NCBI GenBank assembly: GCA_963826115.1
Contig: CAWGVS010000012.1
Span: forward strand, 816,118-880,117
DNA: 64,000 nt
Reading direction: 5' to 3'
Source: an uncultured Candidatus Rokubacteria bacterium
GTDB lineage: Bacteria > Methylomirabilota > Methylomirabilia > Rokubacteriales > DASRDR01
Part shown: in pieces, positions 13,175 through 23,549 of the stretch
Layout: every line of letters begins with the position of its first letter
Numbering within the stretch: the first letter of the stretch is position 1
Program-made: the position numbers and the translations under genes
Notes under the pieces: model-generated
Databases searched by the model: none
Told to the model about the DNA's origin: nothing
Seen by the model: only the letters and a program-made list of their open reading frames with translations

Positions 13175-14281
13175 ATGCTCGCCTACGCGGTCCGCCGCCT
13201 CCTGCTGTTCGTCCCCACGCTGTTCGGCATCATGGTCGTCAACTTCCTCATCGTCCAGGCCGCGCCGGGCGGACCCGTCGAGCTGATGATCTCCCGCCTG
13301 CGCGGACACGGCGTCGAGGCGACGGCGCGCGTCGGCGGCTCCGGCACCGGCGAGACCCGGACGGTCCCGGGCAGCGGCCCGGCCGGCGACGTGACCGACA
13401 AGTACCGCGGGGCCCGCGGCATCGATCCGGAGCTGATCCGCCAGCTCGAGCGCCAGTACGGATTCGACCGCCCCGCCCCCGAGCGCTTCGCGCGCATGAT
13501 CCGGAGCTACCTCGCGTTCGATTTCGGATCGAGCTTCTACCGAGATCGCCGCGTCGTCGACCTGATCGTCGAGAAGCTGCCGGTGTCGATCTCGCTCGGC
13601 CTCTGGACGACGCTGGCCGTCTACCTCGTGTCGATTCCGCTCGGGATCGCCAAGGCCGTGCGCGACGGCTCGACGTTCGACGTCTGGACCAGCGGCATGG
13701 TCATCGTCGGCTACGCGATCCCCAGCTTTCTGTTCGCCATCCTGCTGATCGTCCTGTTCGCCGGCGGCAGCTTCCTCGACTGGTTCCCGCTCCGCGGTCT
13801 CTTTTCGGACCACTGGCAGGAGCTCGCCTGGCCGGCCCGGATCGCCGACTACGTCTGGCACATCACGCTGCCGATCGTGGCGCTCCTCGTCGGCGGGTTC
13901 GCCACGCTCACGATGCTGACCAAGAACTCCTTCCTGGACGAGATCAACAAGCAGTACGTGATCACCGCGCGCTCCAAGGGCCTGACCAAGCGCCGCGTGC
14001 TCTACGGCCACGTCTTCCGCAACGCGATGCTGCTCGTGGTGGCGGGCTTCCCGGCCGCGTTCGTGGGCATCCTGTTCACGAGCGCCCTCCTGATCGAGGT
14101 GATCTTCTCGCTCGACGGGCTGGGGCTCCTCGGCTTCGAGGCGGCGATCAACCGGGACTACCCGATCATGTTCGGGACCCTCTACATCTACACGGTCGTG
14201 GGACTCCTCCTGACCCTGATCAGCGACCTCACCTACGTCGCCATCGACCCGCGCATCGACTTCGCCAGCCGGGAGAACTGA
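13175..14281 (+). CDS. yejB: YejB-like ABC permease
   Basis: VQAAPGGPVE, YRGARG, TKNSFLDEI.KQYV.TAR.KGL, FRNAML. Confidence 0.92.
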   Translation: MLAYAVRRLLLFVPTLFGIMVVNFLIVQAAPGGPVELMISRLRGHGVEATARVGGSGTGETRTVPGSGPAGDVTDKYRGARGIDPELIRQLERQYGFDRPAPERFARMIRSYLAFDFGSSFYRDRRVVDLIVEKLPVSISLGLWTTLAVYLVSIPLGIAKAVRDGSTFDVWTSGMVIVGYAIPSFLFAILLIVLFAGGSFLDWFPLRGLFSDHWQELAWPARIADYVWHITLPIVALLVGGFATLTMLTKNSFLDEINKQYVITARSKGLTKRRVLYGHVFRNAMLLVVAGFPAAFVGILFTSALLIEVIFSLDGLGLLGFEAAINRDYPIMFGTLYIYTVVGLLLTLISDLTYVAIDPRIDFASREN

Positions 14282-14284
14282 CGG

Positions 14285-15328
14285 GTGCCCTCCTTCCGGG
14301 TCGGCCGGGGCCTGAGCCCGCTGACGCGCCGTCGCCTCCGGAACTTCCGCGCCAACCGCCGTGGGTTCTGGTCGCTCTGGATCTTCACCGTGCTGTTCGG
14401 CGCGAGCCTCTTCGCCGAGGTGATCGCGAACGACCGTCCGCTGCTGGTCCGGTTCGACGGGGGGCTCTACTTCCCGGTCCTGCGCACGTACCCGGAGACG
14501 ACGTTCGGCGGCGTGTTCCCCACCGAGGCGGTGTATCGCGACCCGACCGTCACCGCCCTGATCCGCGAGAAGGGGTGGCTCCTCTGGCCGCCCATCCCGT
14601 TTCGCTACGACACCATCAACTACGCGCTGCCGGTGCCGGCGCCGGCCCCGCCCTCGCCGGTGAACTGGCTCGGGACCGACGACCAGGGGCGCGATCTCAC
14701 CGCGCGGCTGATCTACGGCTTCCGGATCTCCGTCCTGTTCGGCTTGACCCTGACCTTGCTGAGCTCGGTCATCGGCGTCGCCGCCGGCGCGGTCCAGGGG
14801 TACTTCGGCGGGCTGACGGACCTCCTCTTCCAGCGGGCCATCGAGATCTGGTCCGGGCTGCCCGTGCTCTACCTCCTCATCATCCTCGCCAGCATCGTCG
14901 AGCCGACGTTCTGGTGGCTTCTCGGCCTCATGCTACTCTTCAGCTGGATGTCGCTCGTCGGCGTGGTCCGCGCCGAGTTCCTCCGCGCGCGCAACTTCGA
15001 CTACGTGCGCGCGGCGCGGGCGCTGGGCGTCCCGGCCGGCGTCATCATCGTCCGGCACGTCCTGCCGAACGCCATGGTCGCGACGCTGACGTTCCTGCCG
15101 TTCATCCTGAGCGGCTCGATCACGACGCTGACGTCGCTCGACTTCCTGGGCTTCGGCCTGCCGCCGGGGTCGCCGTCGCTCGGCGAGATCTTGGCCCAGG
15201 GCAAGGCGAATCTCCAGGCGCCCTGGCTCGGCATCACCGGCTTCGTCGTGCTGGCCCTGATGCTGAGCCTCCTCGTCTTCATCGGCGAGGCCGTGCGGGA
15301 CGCGTTCGATCCCCGGAAGACCGCCTGA
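14285..15328 (+). CDS. yejE: YejE-like ABC permease
   Basis: [48 protein letters not shown]. Confidence 0.92.
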   Translation: MPSFRVGRGLSPLTRRRLRNFRANRRGFWSLWIFTVLFGASLFAEVIANDRPLLVRFDGGLYFPVLRTYPETTFGGVFPTEAVYRDPTVTALIREKGWLLWPPIPFRYDTINYALPVPAPAPPSPVNWLGTDDQGRDLTARLIYGFRISVLFGLTLTLLSSVIGVAAGAVQGYFGGLTDLLFQRAIEIWSGLPVLYLLIILASIVEPTFWWLLGLMLLFSWMSLVGVVRAEFLRARNFDYVRAARALGVPAGVIIVRHVLPNAMVATLTFLPFILSGSITTLTSLDFLGFGLPPGSPSLGEILAQGKANLQAPWLGITGFVVLALMLSLLVFIGEAVRDAFDPRKTA

Positions 15329-16959
15329 TGGCGACGGCGCCCCTCCTGGCGGTCCGGGACCTGTCGGTGTCGTTCGACACGCCCGGCGGCGAGGTGGCGG
15401 CCGTGCGGCACGTGTCGTTCGACGTCGCGAAGGGCGAGACGGTCGGGCTCGTGGGCGAGAGCGGCTCCGGGAAGTCCGTGACGGCGCTGTCCGTCCTCCA
15501 GCTCCTGCCGTACCCGAAGGCCCGGCATCCGTCCGGCAGCCTCCGCTTCCAGGGCCAGGAGCTCCTCGGCGCCGACGAGGCCACGCTCCGGCGCGTCCGC
15601 GGGAACCGGATCGCGATGATCTTCCAGGAGCCCATGACGTCGCTCAACCCGCTCCACACCATCGAGAAGCAGATCGGCGAGGTCCTGTTCGTCCACAAGC
15701 GGCTCGACCGCCGGGCGGCGCGGGCGCGAACGCTCGAGCTCCTCGGCCTGGTCGGCCTGCCCGAGGCGGCGCGGCGGCTCGACGCGTACCCGCACCAGCT
15801 CTCGGGCGGCCAGCGCCAGCGCGTGATGATCGCGATGGCGCTCGCCAACGAGCCGGACCTCCTGATCGCGGACGAGCCGACGACGGCGCTCGACGTCACC
15901 ATCGAGGCCCAGATCCTGAAGCTTCTCCGCGACCTTCAGGCGCGGTTCGGGATGGCGCTCCTCCTGATCACGCACGACCTCGGGGTCGTCCGGAAGCTGG
16001 CCGACCGGATCCTCGTGATGACCCAGGGGGAGCTCGTCGAGGCCGGCGCGACCGCCGACATCTTCGAGCGGCCGCAGCACCCGTACACGCGGCGCCTCCT
16101 CGCGGCCGACCCGGCGCCCCGCCAGACCGGCCCGGCCCCCGACGCGCCGGTCGTCATGACGGCCGACGCGCTGAAGGTCTGGTTTCCCATCAAGGCCGGC
16201 GTGCTGCGGCGGACGATCGACCACGTCAAGGCGGTGGACGGCGTCAGCGTCACGGTCCGGGAAGGCCAGACGGTCGGGGTCGTGGGCGAGAGCGGCTCGG
16301 GAAAGACGACGCTCGGCCTCGCGCTCCTCCGCCTCCTCCGGAGCGACGGGCGGATCCAGTTCCTCGGGCAGGAGCTCCAGGGTCTCGGCGCGCGGGCGCT
16401 CCGCCCCCTCCGCCGGGAGATGCAGATCGTCTTCCAGGACCCCTACGGGTCACTCTCGCCCCGGCAGTCGGTCGGCCAGATCGTCGGCGAGGGCCTGGGC
16501 GTCCACCACCTGGCGCGGAGCCCCGAGGCGCGGGAGGCGCTGATCACCGAGGCGCTCGGGGAGGTCGGGCTCGCGGTCGAGGTGCGGGACCGCTATCCGC
16601 ACGAGCTGTCGGGGGGCCAGCGCCAGCGGGTCGCGCTCGCCCGGGTCCTCGTGCTGAAGCCCCGGCTGATCGTCCTGGACGAGCCCACGTCCGCGCTCGA
16701 CCGGTCCATCCAGGCGCAGCTGATCGACCTCCTGCGGGACCTCCAGGCGCGGCACCGCCTCGCCTACCTCTTCATCAGCCACGACCTCCGGGTGATCCGG
16801 GCGCTGAGCGACGAGATCATCGTGATGCGGGCGGGGACGGTGGTCGAGCGCGGGCCGACCGCCGAGATCTTCGAGCGGCCGCAGCACCCGTACACGCGGG
16901 CGCTCATGGCCGCGGCGCTCGACCTCGAGGTGGTCGAGGGCGGCGCCGTGGCGAGCTGA
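15328..16959 (+). CDS. yejF: YejF-like fused double-domain ABC ATPase
   Basis: Two Walker A motifs ([16 protein letters not shown]), two LSGGQRQR signatures, two DEPT motifs. ATG overlaps the yejE stop (TGATG). Confidence 0.93.
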   Translation: MATAPLLAVRDLSVSFDTPGGEVAAVRHVSFDVAKGETVGLVGESGSGKSVTALSVLQLLPYPKARHPSGSLRFQGQELLGADEATLRRVRGNRIAMIFQEPMTSLNPLHTIEKQIGEVLFVHKRLDRRAARARTLELLGLVGLPEAARRLDAYPHQLSGGQRQRVMIAMALANEPDLLIADEPTTALDVTIEAQILKLLRDLQARFGMALLLITHDLGVVRKLADRILVMTQGELVEAGATADIFERPQHPYTRRLLAADPAPRQTGPAPDAPVVMTADALKVWFPIKAGVLRRTIDHVKAVDGVSVTVREGQTVGVVGESGSGKTTLGLALLRLLRSDGRIQFLGQELQGLGARALRPLRREMQIVFQDPYGSLSPRQSVGQIVGEGLGVHHLARSPEAREALITEALGEVGLAVEVRDRYPHELSGGQRQRVALARVLVLKPRLIVLDEPTSALDRSIQAQLIDLLRDLQARHRLAYLFISHDLRVIRALSDEIIVMRAGTVVERGPTAEIFERPQHPYTRALMAAALDLEVVEGGAVAS

Positions 16960-16976
16960 GGGAGCGCCCCGCCCCG

Positions 16977-19115
16977 GTGTGGTCGACGAGGCGACTCCTG
17001 GTGGCCGCGCCCACGCTCGTCAGCCTCGTCCTGCTGCAGTCCTACTTCTGGGTGCCGACGTTCGAGAACCAGGCTCGGGGCGACCCGGGGCGGCTGACCC
17101 GCTACATCAACGCGTCCATCGGCGACGCCGTCTACCTGAACCCGACGATCTCGAGCGACTCGGCCTCGGGCGAGGTAAACGACCTCGTCTTCGACGGCCT
17201 GATCGACCGGAATCTCGACCTCTCGTTCCGCGGTCGCCTGGCGGAGTCCTGGGAGATCTTCGAGGAGACCTATCTCTTCGCCGACGAAACCCTCCGGCTC
17301 GCGGATGGAACGGCGGCGACCCCGGCTGCCCTCCTGAAGCAGCTCCAGGCGGCGAAGGACCGCGGGGCGCCGGCGCTCCGGGCCGTCGAGGCGCTGACGG
17401 TGCTGCCAGCGGAGACGAGCACCGTGCGGATCGCGCCGCCCGCGCCCGCGCGCGGACCGGGCGCGCCGGCGCCGCCGGCGCCCGTGCCGATCGCGGTCGT
17501 CGTCCAGCGGCCGCCACGGATCAAGTTCACGCTGCGCGCCGTGGACCAGGACTTCTTCCCGAATCTCGACCGGTTGCTTGCCGGGTACGTGACGAAGCTC
17601 GATCCCCACCGCTACGTCACGGCGCCGGACCCCGCGTCGGCCCGGGCGGCCGTCGAAGCCCACGTGCGACCCACCGAGGAGAACCCGGTGATCGTCTTCC
17701 ACCTCCGGCGCGGCGTGCGCTTCCACGACGGCCGCGAGCTGACCGCCCGCGACGTGCGCTTCACGTACGAGACGATCATGGATCCGCGGAACGTCTCTCC
17801 GCGGGTGCCCGACTTCGAGCCGATCCGGATGGTCGAGACGCCGGATCCCTACACGGTTCGCGTGACCTACAAGGAGCTCTTCCAGCCCGGCTTCGAAAGC
17901 TGGGGCATGGGAGTCCTCCCCGAACACCTGTTGAACAAGGACACGCTCGCGGCCGAGGCCCGCGCTGCCGGTAAGGACTCGCAAACCTTCAGCATCCGGG
18001 ACGCGGCGTTCAATCGGCGGCCGGTCGGCAGCGGGCGATTCCGGTTCGCCGACTGGGAGAGCGACGTGTCGATCCGGCTCACCCGGAACGAGGACTACTG
18101 GGCGGGGCCGCCGAACTTCCGGGAGTACTTCCTCCGGATCCTCCCGGACGCCCTCACGTCGGAGCTCGCCTTCTACGCCGGGACGTCCGACAGCTATGGC
18201 GCCCAGGCGCACCAGGTGGCGCGCCTCCAGGACGACCCGCGGTTCCACGTGAACTCGCTCCTGGGCCTCGGGTACACCTACATCGGCTACAACCTCCGGC
18301 GGCCGGTGTTCCAGGACGTCCGGGTGCGCGCCGCGCTCGCCATGGCGATCGACGTCGACGAGATCATCCGGTACGTGCTGTACGGCCAGGGGCAGCGGAC
18401 GACCGGGCCGTATCCCCAGCAGACAGCGTTCTACGATCCGGACGTCCGGCCCCCGCCCTACGATCCGGCGGGGGCGGCGCGGCTCCTCGCCGAGGCCGGG
18501 TGGCGCAAGAACGCGGAGGGGATCCTCGAGAAGGACGGGAAGCCGCTCCAGTTCACGCTGATCACGAACTCGGGGAACGAGGAGCGCCAGGCGATCATGG
18601 TGATCGCCCAGAACGCCTGGCGGCGGCTCGGGGTGAGGGTCGAGATCCTCGCGCTCGAGTGGGCGGTCTTCATCCGGGAGCGGGTGAACAAGCTGGACTT
18701 CGACGCGGTCGTGCTCGGCTGGTCGATGGGCCTCGACGCGGACATCTTCCAGATCTTCCACTCGAGCCAGGCCGGGCCGCAGCAGCTCAACTTCGTCGGC
18801 TACGCGAACCCGCGGGCCGACGAGCTGATGGTGCGGATCCGGCGCGAGTACGACGACACCCGCCAGACGGCCATGGCCCGGGAGCTCCACCGGCTCATCG
18901 CCCAGGACCAGCCGTACACCTTCCTCTACGTGCGGCGGGTGCTGGCCCTCCTGGACGGGAAGATCGTCCGCCTCGTGCGCCGGCCGGACGGGACGACCGC
19001 GTACCTGCCGTTCGAGCCGAACCGCCTGGGCCGCATCAACTTCCACTTCGACGAGTGGATCAAGACGCCCCGGCCGGTTCTCCCGCCGTTCCGGCCCGAG
19101 CTGTCGGCGGGGTAG
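16977..19115 (+). CDS. Peptide ABC transporter substrate-binding protein (family 5), N-terminally anchored, with a large insertion
   Basis: LNPTISSD, LAESWE, FHDG.ELTA.DV.FT, PVGSG.F, YIGYN, VR.ALAMAID. Confidence 0.85.
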   Translation: MWSTRRLLVAAPTLVSLVLLQSYFWVPTFENQARGDPGRLTRYINASIGDAVYLNPTISSDSASGEVNDLVFDGLIDRNLDLSFRGRLAESWEIFEETYLFADETLRLADGTAATPAALLKQLQAAKDRGAPALRAVEALTVLPAETSTVRIAPPAPARGPGAPAPPAPVPIAVVVQRPPRIKFTLRAVDQDFFPNLDRLLAGYVTKLDPHRYVTAPDPASARAAVEAHVRPTEENPVIVFHLRRGVRFHDGRELTARDVRFTYETIMDPRNVSPRVPDFEPIRMVETPDPYTVRVTYKELFQPGFESWGMGVLPEHLLNKDTLAAEARAAGKDSQTFSIRDAAFNRRPVGSGRFRFADWESDVSIRLTRNEDYWAGPPNFREYFLRILPDALTSELAFYAGTSDSYGAQAHQVARLQDDPRFHVNSLLGLGYTYIGYNLRRPVFQDVRVRAALAMAIDVDEIIRYVLYGQGQRTTGPYPQQTAFYDPDVRPPPYDPAGAARLLAEAGWRKNAEGILEKDGKPLQFTLITNSGNEERQAIMVIAQNAWRRLGVRVEILALEWAVFIRERVNKLDFDAVVLGWSMGLDADIFQIFHSSQAGPQQLNFVGYANPRADELMVRIRREYDDTRQTAMARELHRLIAQDQPYTFLYVRRVLALLDGKIVRLVRRPDGTTAYLPFEPNRLGRINFHFDEWIKTPRPVLPPFRPELSAG

Positions 19116-19118
19116 GCC

Positions 19119-20078
19119 GTGCTTCCCTTCCTGGTTCGGGCCTGCTGGCGGAAGCTCTGGACGCTCTTCCTGATCTCGATCGTGTCCTTCCTGGTGGTCC
19201 ACCTGGCCCCCGGCGCCCCGAGCCAGATCGACCCCATGAACCCGCGCTTCACGAAGGAGCAGCTCCAGCGGTACCGCGCGGCCTTCGAGCTCGACAGGCC
19301 GCTCCACGTCCAGTACGCGCGCTTCTACGCGCGCCTGTTCACCGGGCAGCTCCGCGCGTTCAAGGACAACCAGCCCGTCCTGTCGAAGATCGCCGCTCGC
19401 GCCTGGAACAGCCTTCCGCTGTTCGTGGTCGGGACGATCCTGGTGTGGTGCTTCGCCTTCCCACTCGGGATCGCCAGCGCGGCGCGTCGTGACTCCTGGT
19501 TCGACCGCGTGACGACGGTGCTGGTGTTCGCGCTCATCTCGATCCCCGGGTTCTACCTGTCGTACCTGGCGATCATCTTCGTGGTCCGGACGTTCCAGGT
19601 GGACGTGATCGGCATCGAGACGTTCGGGCGCGCCCCCTCCGGGTGGTGGTCGACGGCCATGGACCGCACCTGGCACCTCGTGCTGCCGTCGGTCCTGGGC
19701 GCGGCGGCGGGCATCGCGGTGCTCTCCCGCTACGTGCGCTCCCAGATGCTCGAGGTGATCAGCTCCGACTACGTCCGGACGGCGCGGGCCAAGGGCCTCC
19801 CGGAGGACGGCGTGCTCTACCGTCACGCGCTCCGGAACGGCCTCTTGCCGTTCGTCACGATGCTCGGGCTCCTGATTCCCGGGCTGATCGGCGGCAGCGT
19901 CATCTTCGAGACGATCTTCGCGTGGCCGGGCATCGGCCGGCTCGGGTACGAGGCGATCCTCGCGCGCGACTACCCGGTGGTCATCGCCCTCAACTTCATC
20001 GTCGCGCTCCTCACCGTGATCGGGACCCTGCTGTCGGACGTCCTCTACATGCTGGCCGACCCCCGGATCCGCCTGTGA
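19119..20078 (+). CDS. Peptide ABC permease (OppB/DppB-like)
   Basis: HLAPG, DYVRTARAKGL, HALRN, ETIFAWPGIG, ADPRIR. Confidence 0.92.
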   Translation: MLPFLVRACWRKLWTLFLISIVSFLVVHLAPGAPSQIDPMNPRFTKEQLQRYRAAFELDRPLHVQYARFYARLFTGQLRAFKDNQPVLSKIAARAWNSLPLFVVGTILVWCFAFPLGIASAARRDSWFDRVTTVLVFALISIPGFYLSYLAIIFVVRTFQVDVIGIETFGRAPSGWWSTAMDRTWHLVLPSVLGAAAGIAVLSRYVRSQMLEVISSDYVRTARAKGLPEDGVLYRHALRNGLLPFVTMLGLLIPGLIGGSVIFETIFAWPGIGRLGYEAILARDYPVVIALNFIVALLTVIGTLLSDVLYMLADPRIRL

Positions 20079-21034
20079 TGGCGCCGCCGCGCGGCGAGTC
20101 CCCGGGCCAGGTCGTCTGGCGCGCCTTCCGGCGGAACCGCCCGGCGGTGGTGGGGCTGGTCGTCGTCCTCGCGTTCTTCCTGATCGCGCTGGTAGGGCTC
20201 GCGCTGACCAAGGGCGCGCATCCGGTCCTGGACCCTCGCGAGGTGCGCCTGCCCGACCGGCTCCAGGGGCCCTTGGCCCGGCCGAATCGCGAGTCGGTGC
20301 CGCCCGCGAGCTGGCCGCGCCTCGGCGTCTACCTCCTCGGCACCGACGAGCTCGGGCGCGACGTCTTCGCGCGGATGCTGGAGGGCGCCTTCGTGTCCCT
20401 GTCGGTGGGCTTCGTCGCCGTGGGGCTCGCGGTGGCGATCGGGATCGCCCTCGGGGGCCTGGCCGGCTACTACGGCCCGACCCGCATCGGGGTGGGGCGC
20501 TTCCGGCCCGTCACCGTGGACACGCTGATCACGGGGCTCATCGACGTCATGCTGTCGTTCCCCACGTTCTTCCTCATCCTGACCGTGGTCGCGATCCTCC
20601 GGCCCTCCATCTGGAACATCATGATCGTGATCGGCCTCACGACGTGGGAGGGGACCGCGCGCTTCGTGCGCGCGGAGATCCTCTCGCTCCGCGAGCGGGA
20701 GTTCGTCCACGCGGCGCAGGCGGCCGGCGCCCGCGGCGCCCGGATGATCGGCGTCCACCTGCTCCCGAACGCCGTCGGGCCGGTCCTGGTCTCGGCCACG
20801 CTCAACGTCGCGGGGGCGATCCTCACGGAGTCGAGCCTGTCGTTCCTCGGGTTCGGCGTGCCGCCGCCCGACGCGACGTGGGGCAACATCCTGGCCGACG
20901 GCAAGCGGTTCATCTTCGACGCGCCGTGGCTCACCGTCATCCCGGGGACGGCCATCCTGGTCCTCGTGCTGGCCTTCAACCTGTTCGGCGAGGGGCTCCG
21001 GGAGGCCTTCAACCCGCGGCTCCGCGAGGGCTAA
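20078..21034 (+). CDS. Peptide ABC permease (OppC/DppC-like)
   Basis: [37 protein letters not shown] overlaps the upstream stop. Confidence 0.92.
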   Translation: MAPPRGESPGQVVWRAFRRNRPAVVGLVVVLAFFLIALVGLALTKGAHPVLDPREVRLPDRLQGPLARPNRESVPPASWPRLGVYLLGTDELGRDVFARMLEGAFVSLSVGFVAVGLAVAIGIALGGLAGYYGPTRIGVGRFRPVTVDTLITGLIDVMLSFPTFFLILTVVAILRPSIWNIMIVIGLTTWEGTARFVRAEILSLREREFVHAAQAAGARGARMIGVHLLPNAVGPVLVSATLNVAGAILTESSLSFLGFGVPPPDATWGNILADGKRFIFDAPWLTVIPGTAILVLVLAFNLFGEGLREAFNPRLREG

Positions 21035-21048
21035 GTACCGTCGCGGCC

Positions 21049-21078
21049 TTGACAATGCGCGAGGGGGGTTGGCAAGAT
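21049..21078 (+). promoter_or_regulatory. Putative promoter of tRNA-Leu
   Basis: TTGACA, 18 nt spacer, CAAGAT, 9 nt before the tRNA. Confidence 0.55.
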
Positions 21079-21087
21079 ACGCCCTGC

Positions 21088-21172
<85 letters not shown>

Positions 21173-21197
21173 CTTCTCCCCTGCGCCTAGGGGAGCG

Positions 21198-21229
21198 ACG
21201 GGGCTCCGGTTGGAGCCCCGTTGTGGTTT
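21198..21229 (+). terminator. Hairpin downstream of tRNA-Leu, possible terminator
   Basis: ACGGGGCTCC-GGTT-GGAGCCCCGT perfect 10-bp stem with a weak U tract. Confidence 0.5.
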
Positions 21230-21294
21230 GAGGGAGGGGCCGGGGCCTCGCGGCCCTGTGGCATAATGACCAGCGACGCAAGCCCTTGCCGCGT

Positions 21295-22212
21295 ATGACG
21301 CCGACGCTTCCCGTCATCCAGCCCGACGCTCTGTCCCAGGGGCGCAAGCCTGCCTGGCTGAAGGTCCGTGCGCCCGGCGGCCCGAACTACATGCGGCTGA
21401 AGGCGCTCATGCGGGAGCGGAACCTCCACACGGTGTGCGAGGAGGCGCGCTGCCCGAACATCGGCGAGTGCTGGGAGGAGCGGACCGCGACCTTCATGAT
21501 CCTCGGGGACGTGTGCACCCGCCGGTGCGGGTTCTGCGCGGTGGCGCACGGCCGGCCGGAGTGGGAGGACTGGGGGGAGCCGGACCGGGTGGGCCGGACC
21601 GTTGCCGAGATGGGGCTCCAGCACGTGGTGGTGACGAGCGTGAACCGCGACGACCTGGCCGACGGCGGGTCGGAGATCTTCGCGCGCACGATCCAGTCGA
21701 TCCGGCGCGAGGCGCCCGGCTGCCGCGTGGAGGTGCTGATCCCCGACTTCCAGGGCTCGGCGCCCGCCCTCGAGACCGTGCTCCGGGCCCGCCCCGACGT
21801 GCTGAACCACAACATCGAGACGGTCCCGCGGCTCTACGGCCCGGTGCGGCCGGGCTCGCGCTACGCGCGGAGCCTCGAGCTCTTCCGGCGGGCGAGCGGG
21901 CACGCCACCGAGCCCGTCACGAAGTCGGGGATGATGCTGGGCCTCGGCGAGGAGGCGGGTGAGGTGCGCGCCACCATGGCCGACCTCCGCGCCGCCGGCG
22001 TCCAGCTCCTCACCCTCGGGCAGTACCTCCGGCCGTCGCCCGCCCACCTCCCGGTGGTGCGCTACGTCCCGCCCGCGGAGTTCGAGGCGCTCGCCGCCGA
22101 CGCCCGCGCCCTCGGGTTCCGCCACGTCGAGGCGGGGCCGCTCGTCCGCTCCTCCTACCACGCGAAGCGCCAGGTCGAGGCGGCCTGCGCGCCGCCGCCG
22201 GGGGGCGCCTGA
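21295..22212 (+). CDS. lipA: Lipoyl synthase
   Basis: KPAWLK, CEEARCPNIGEC (auxiliary cluster), CTRRCGFC (radical SAM), PLVRSSY. Confidence 0.97.
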   Translation: MTPTLPVIQPDALSQGRKPAWLKVRAPGGPNYMRLKALMRERNLHTVCEEARCPNIGECWEERTATFMILGDVCTRRCGFCAVAHGRPEWEDWGEPDRVGRTVAEMGLQHVVVTSVNRDDLADGGSEIFARTIQSIRREAPGCRVEVLIPDFQGSAPALETVLRARPDVLNHNIETVPRLYGPVRPGSRYARSLELFRRASGHATEPVTKSGMMLGLGEEAGEVRATMADLRAAGVQLLTLGQYLRPSPAHLPVVRYVPPAEFEALAADARALGFRHVEAGPLVRSSYHAKRQVEAACAPPPGGA

Positions 22213-22562
22213 TGCAGTACGTCCCCATCCTCATGGTGTTCGCGATCGCGCTCGGGGTGGCCTGTCTCCTGGCGTACCTCCCGGCGCTCCTCGGCCCGCG
22301 CCGCGCGACCGCCGTTAAGATGGAGACGTTCGAGTGCGGCAAGGACGTGATCGCGCGCCCGGAGGGGCGGTTCGCGATCAAGTTCTCGACGACGGCGATC
22401 TTCTTCATCATCTTCGACATCGAGCTGATGTTCGTGTTCCCGTGGACCGTGGTGTACCGGAGCCTCGGGCTCTACGGGTTCGTGACGATGGTCGTGTACC
22501 TGGGGATCCTCATGCTGGGTCTGTTCTATGTCTGGCGGAAGGGTGGGCTCCAGTGGGAGTAG
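22212..22562 (+). CDS. nuoA: NADH-quinone oxidoreductase subunit A
   Basis: Three TMs, FECG loop, FIIFDIE, KGGLQWE. Confidence 0.95.
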   Translation: MQYVPILMVFAIALGVACLLAYLPALLGPRRATAVKMETFECGKDVIARPEGRFAIKFSTTAIFFIIFDIELMFVFPWTVVYRSLGLYGFVTMVVYLGILMLGLFYVWRKGGLQWE

Positions 22563-23011
22563 CGGACTTCTTCACGACGAAGCTCGACGCGGCGCTCGGG
22601 TGGGCCCGTAAGTACTCGATTTTCCAGTACCCGTTCGTGACCGCCTGCTGCGGGATGGAGTACATGGCGACCGCCTGCTCCCACTACGATGTCGACCGCT
22701 TCGGGGCAGGCCTGCCGCGGTTCTCGCCGCGCCAGGCCGACGTCCTCTTCGTGGTGGGCACGATCAGCCACAAGATGGCGCCCGTCCTCCGGCGGGTCTA
22801 CGACCAGATGACGGAGCCGAAGTGGGTCGTGGCGTTCGGCGTCTGCACCTGCACCGGCGGCTTCTACGACAACTACGCGACCGTGCAGGGCATCGACACG
22901 ATCCTCCCCGTCGACGTCTACATCCCGGGGTGCCCGCCCCGGCCGGAGAGCGTGCTCGACGGCCTCATGAAGCTCCAGGACAAGATCGCCGCGGGGCGGC
23001 AGCGGTTCTGA
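22553..23011 (+). CDS. nuoB: NADH-quinone oxidoreductase subunit B
   Basis: TACCGME, SPRQAD, YDQMTEPKWV, YIPGCPPRPE. GTG start inferred. Confidence 0.95.
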   Translation: MGVADFFTTKLDAALGWARKYSIFQYPFVTACCGMEYMATACSHYDVDRFGAGLPRFSPRQADVLFVVGTISHKMAPVLRRVYDQMTEPKWVVAFGVCTCTGGFYDNYATVQGIDTILPVDVYIPGCPPRPESVLDGLMKLQDKIAAGRQRF

Positions 23012-23039
23012 GCCCCGCGAGCGCGCGCCCGCCCCGGTC

Positions 23040-23537
23040 ATGAACGGTCAGGACATCCGCGCGCGGCTCTCGGAGCGCTTCGGCGCGGCCGTCGTCGCCG
23101 CCCACGCCGAGCACGGCGATGACACCGTCGTGGTGGCGCTCGCGGCGCTCCCCGAGGTGCTGCGGTTCTGCCGGGACGACGCGGCGCTCGGGTTCGACAT
23201 GCTGATGGACCTGACCGCGGTGGACTACCTCACGTATCCCGGCCGCGAGGACGCGGCCCGGTTCGAGGTCGTCTACCATCTCTACTCGGTGCCGCACAAC
23301 CACCGGCTGCGGATCAAGGCGGGCGTCGACGAGGACGACCCGGTCGTCCCGACGGCGGTGCCGGTGTGGCCGATCGCGAACTGGCTCGAGCGCGAGGTGT
23401 GGGACATGTACGGGATCCGCTTCGCGGAACACCCCGACCTCCGCCGCCTGCTCCTCTACGAGCAGTTCGAGGGCCACCCGCTCCGCAAGGATTATCCGGT
23501 CAGCCGGCGCCAGCCGCTCATCGGCCCCAGGAACTGA
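23040..23537 (+). CDS. nuoC: NADH-quinone oxidoreductase subunit C
   Basis: RFEVVYHL, ANWLEREVWDMYGI.F..HPDLRR, GHPLRKDYP. Confidence 0.95.
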   Translation: MNGQDIRARLSERFGAAVVAAHAEHGDDTVVVALAALPEVLRFCRDDAALGFDMLMDLTAVDYLTYPGREDAARFEVVYHLYSVPHNHRLRIKAGVDEDDPVVPTAVPVWPIANWLEREVWDMYGIRFAEHPDLRRLLLYEQFEGHPLRKDYPVSRRQPLIGPRN

Positions 23538-23549
23538 GCCGGGACGCCC

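Noticed and set aside
16060-16899. 33-bp exact direct repeat ATCTTCGAGCGGCCGCAGCACCCGTACACGCGG (16060-16092 and 16867-16899)
   Set aside because: Both copies encode the conserved [11 protein letters not shown] motif ending each NBD of the duplicated ABC ATPase; not a mobile-element or CRISPR repeat.
11674-16959. 1761-aa ORF that looks like a giant fusion protein
   Set aside because: The first ~1200 codons are an Arg/Pro-rich off-frame reading of yejA/B/E. Only 15328-16959 (YejF) has real motifs and a coupled ATG.
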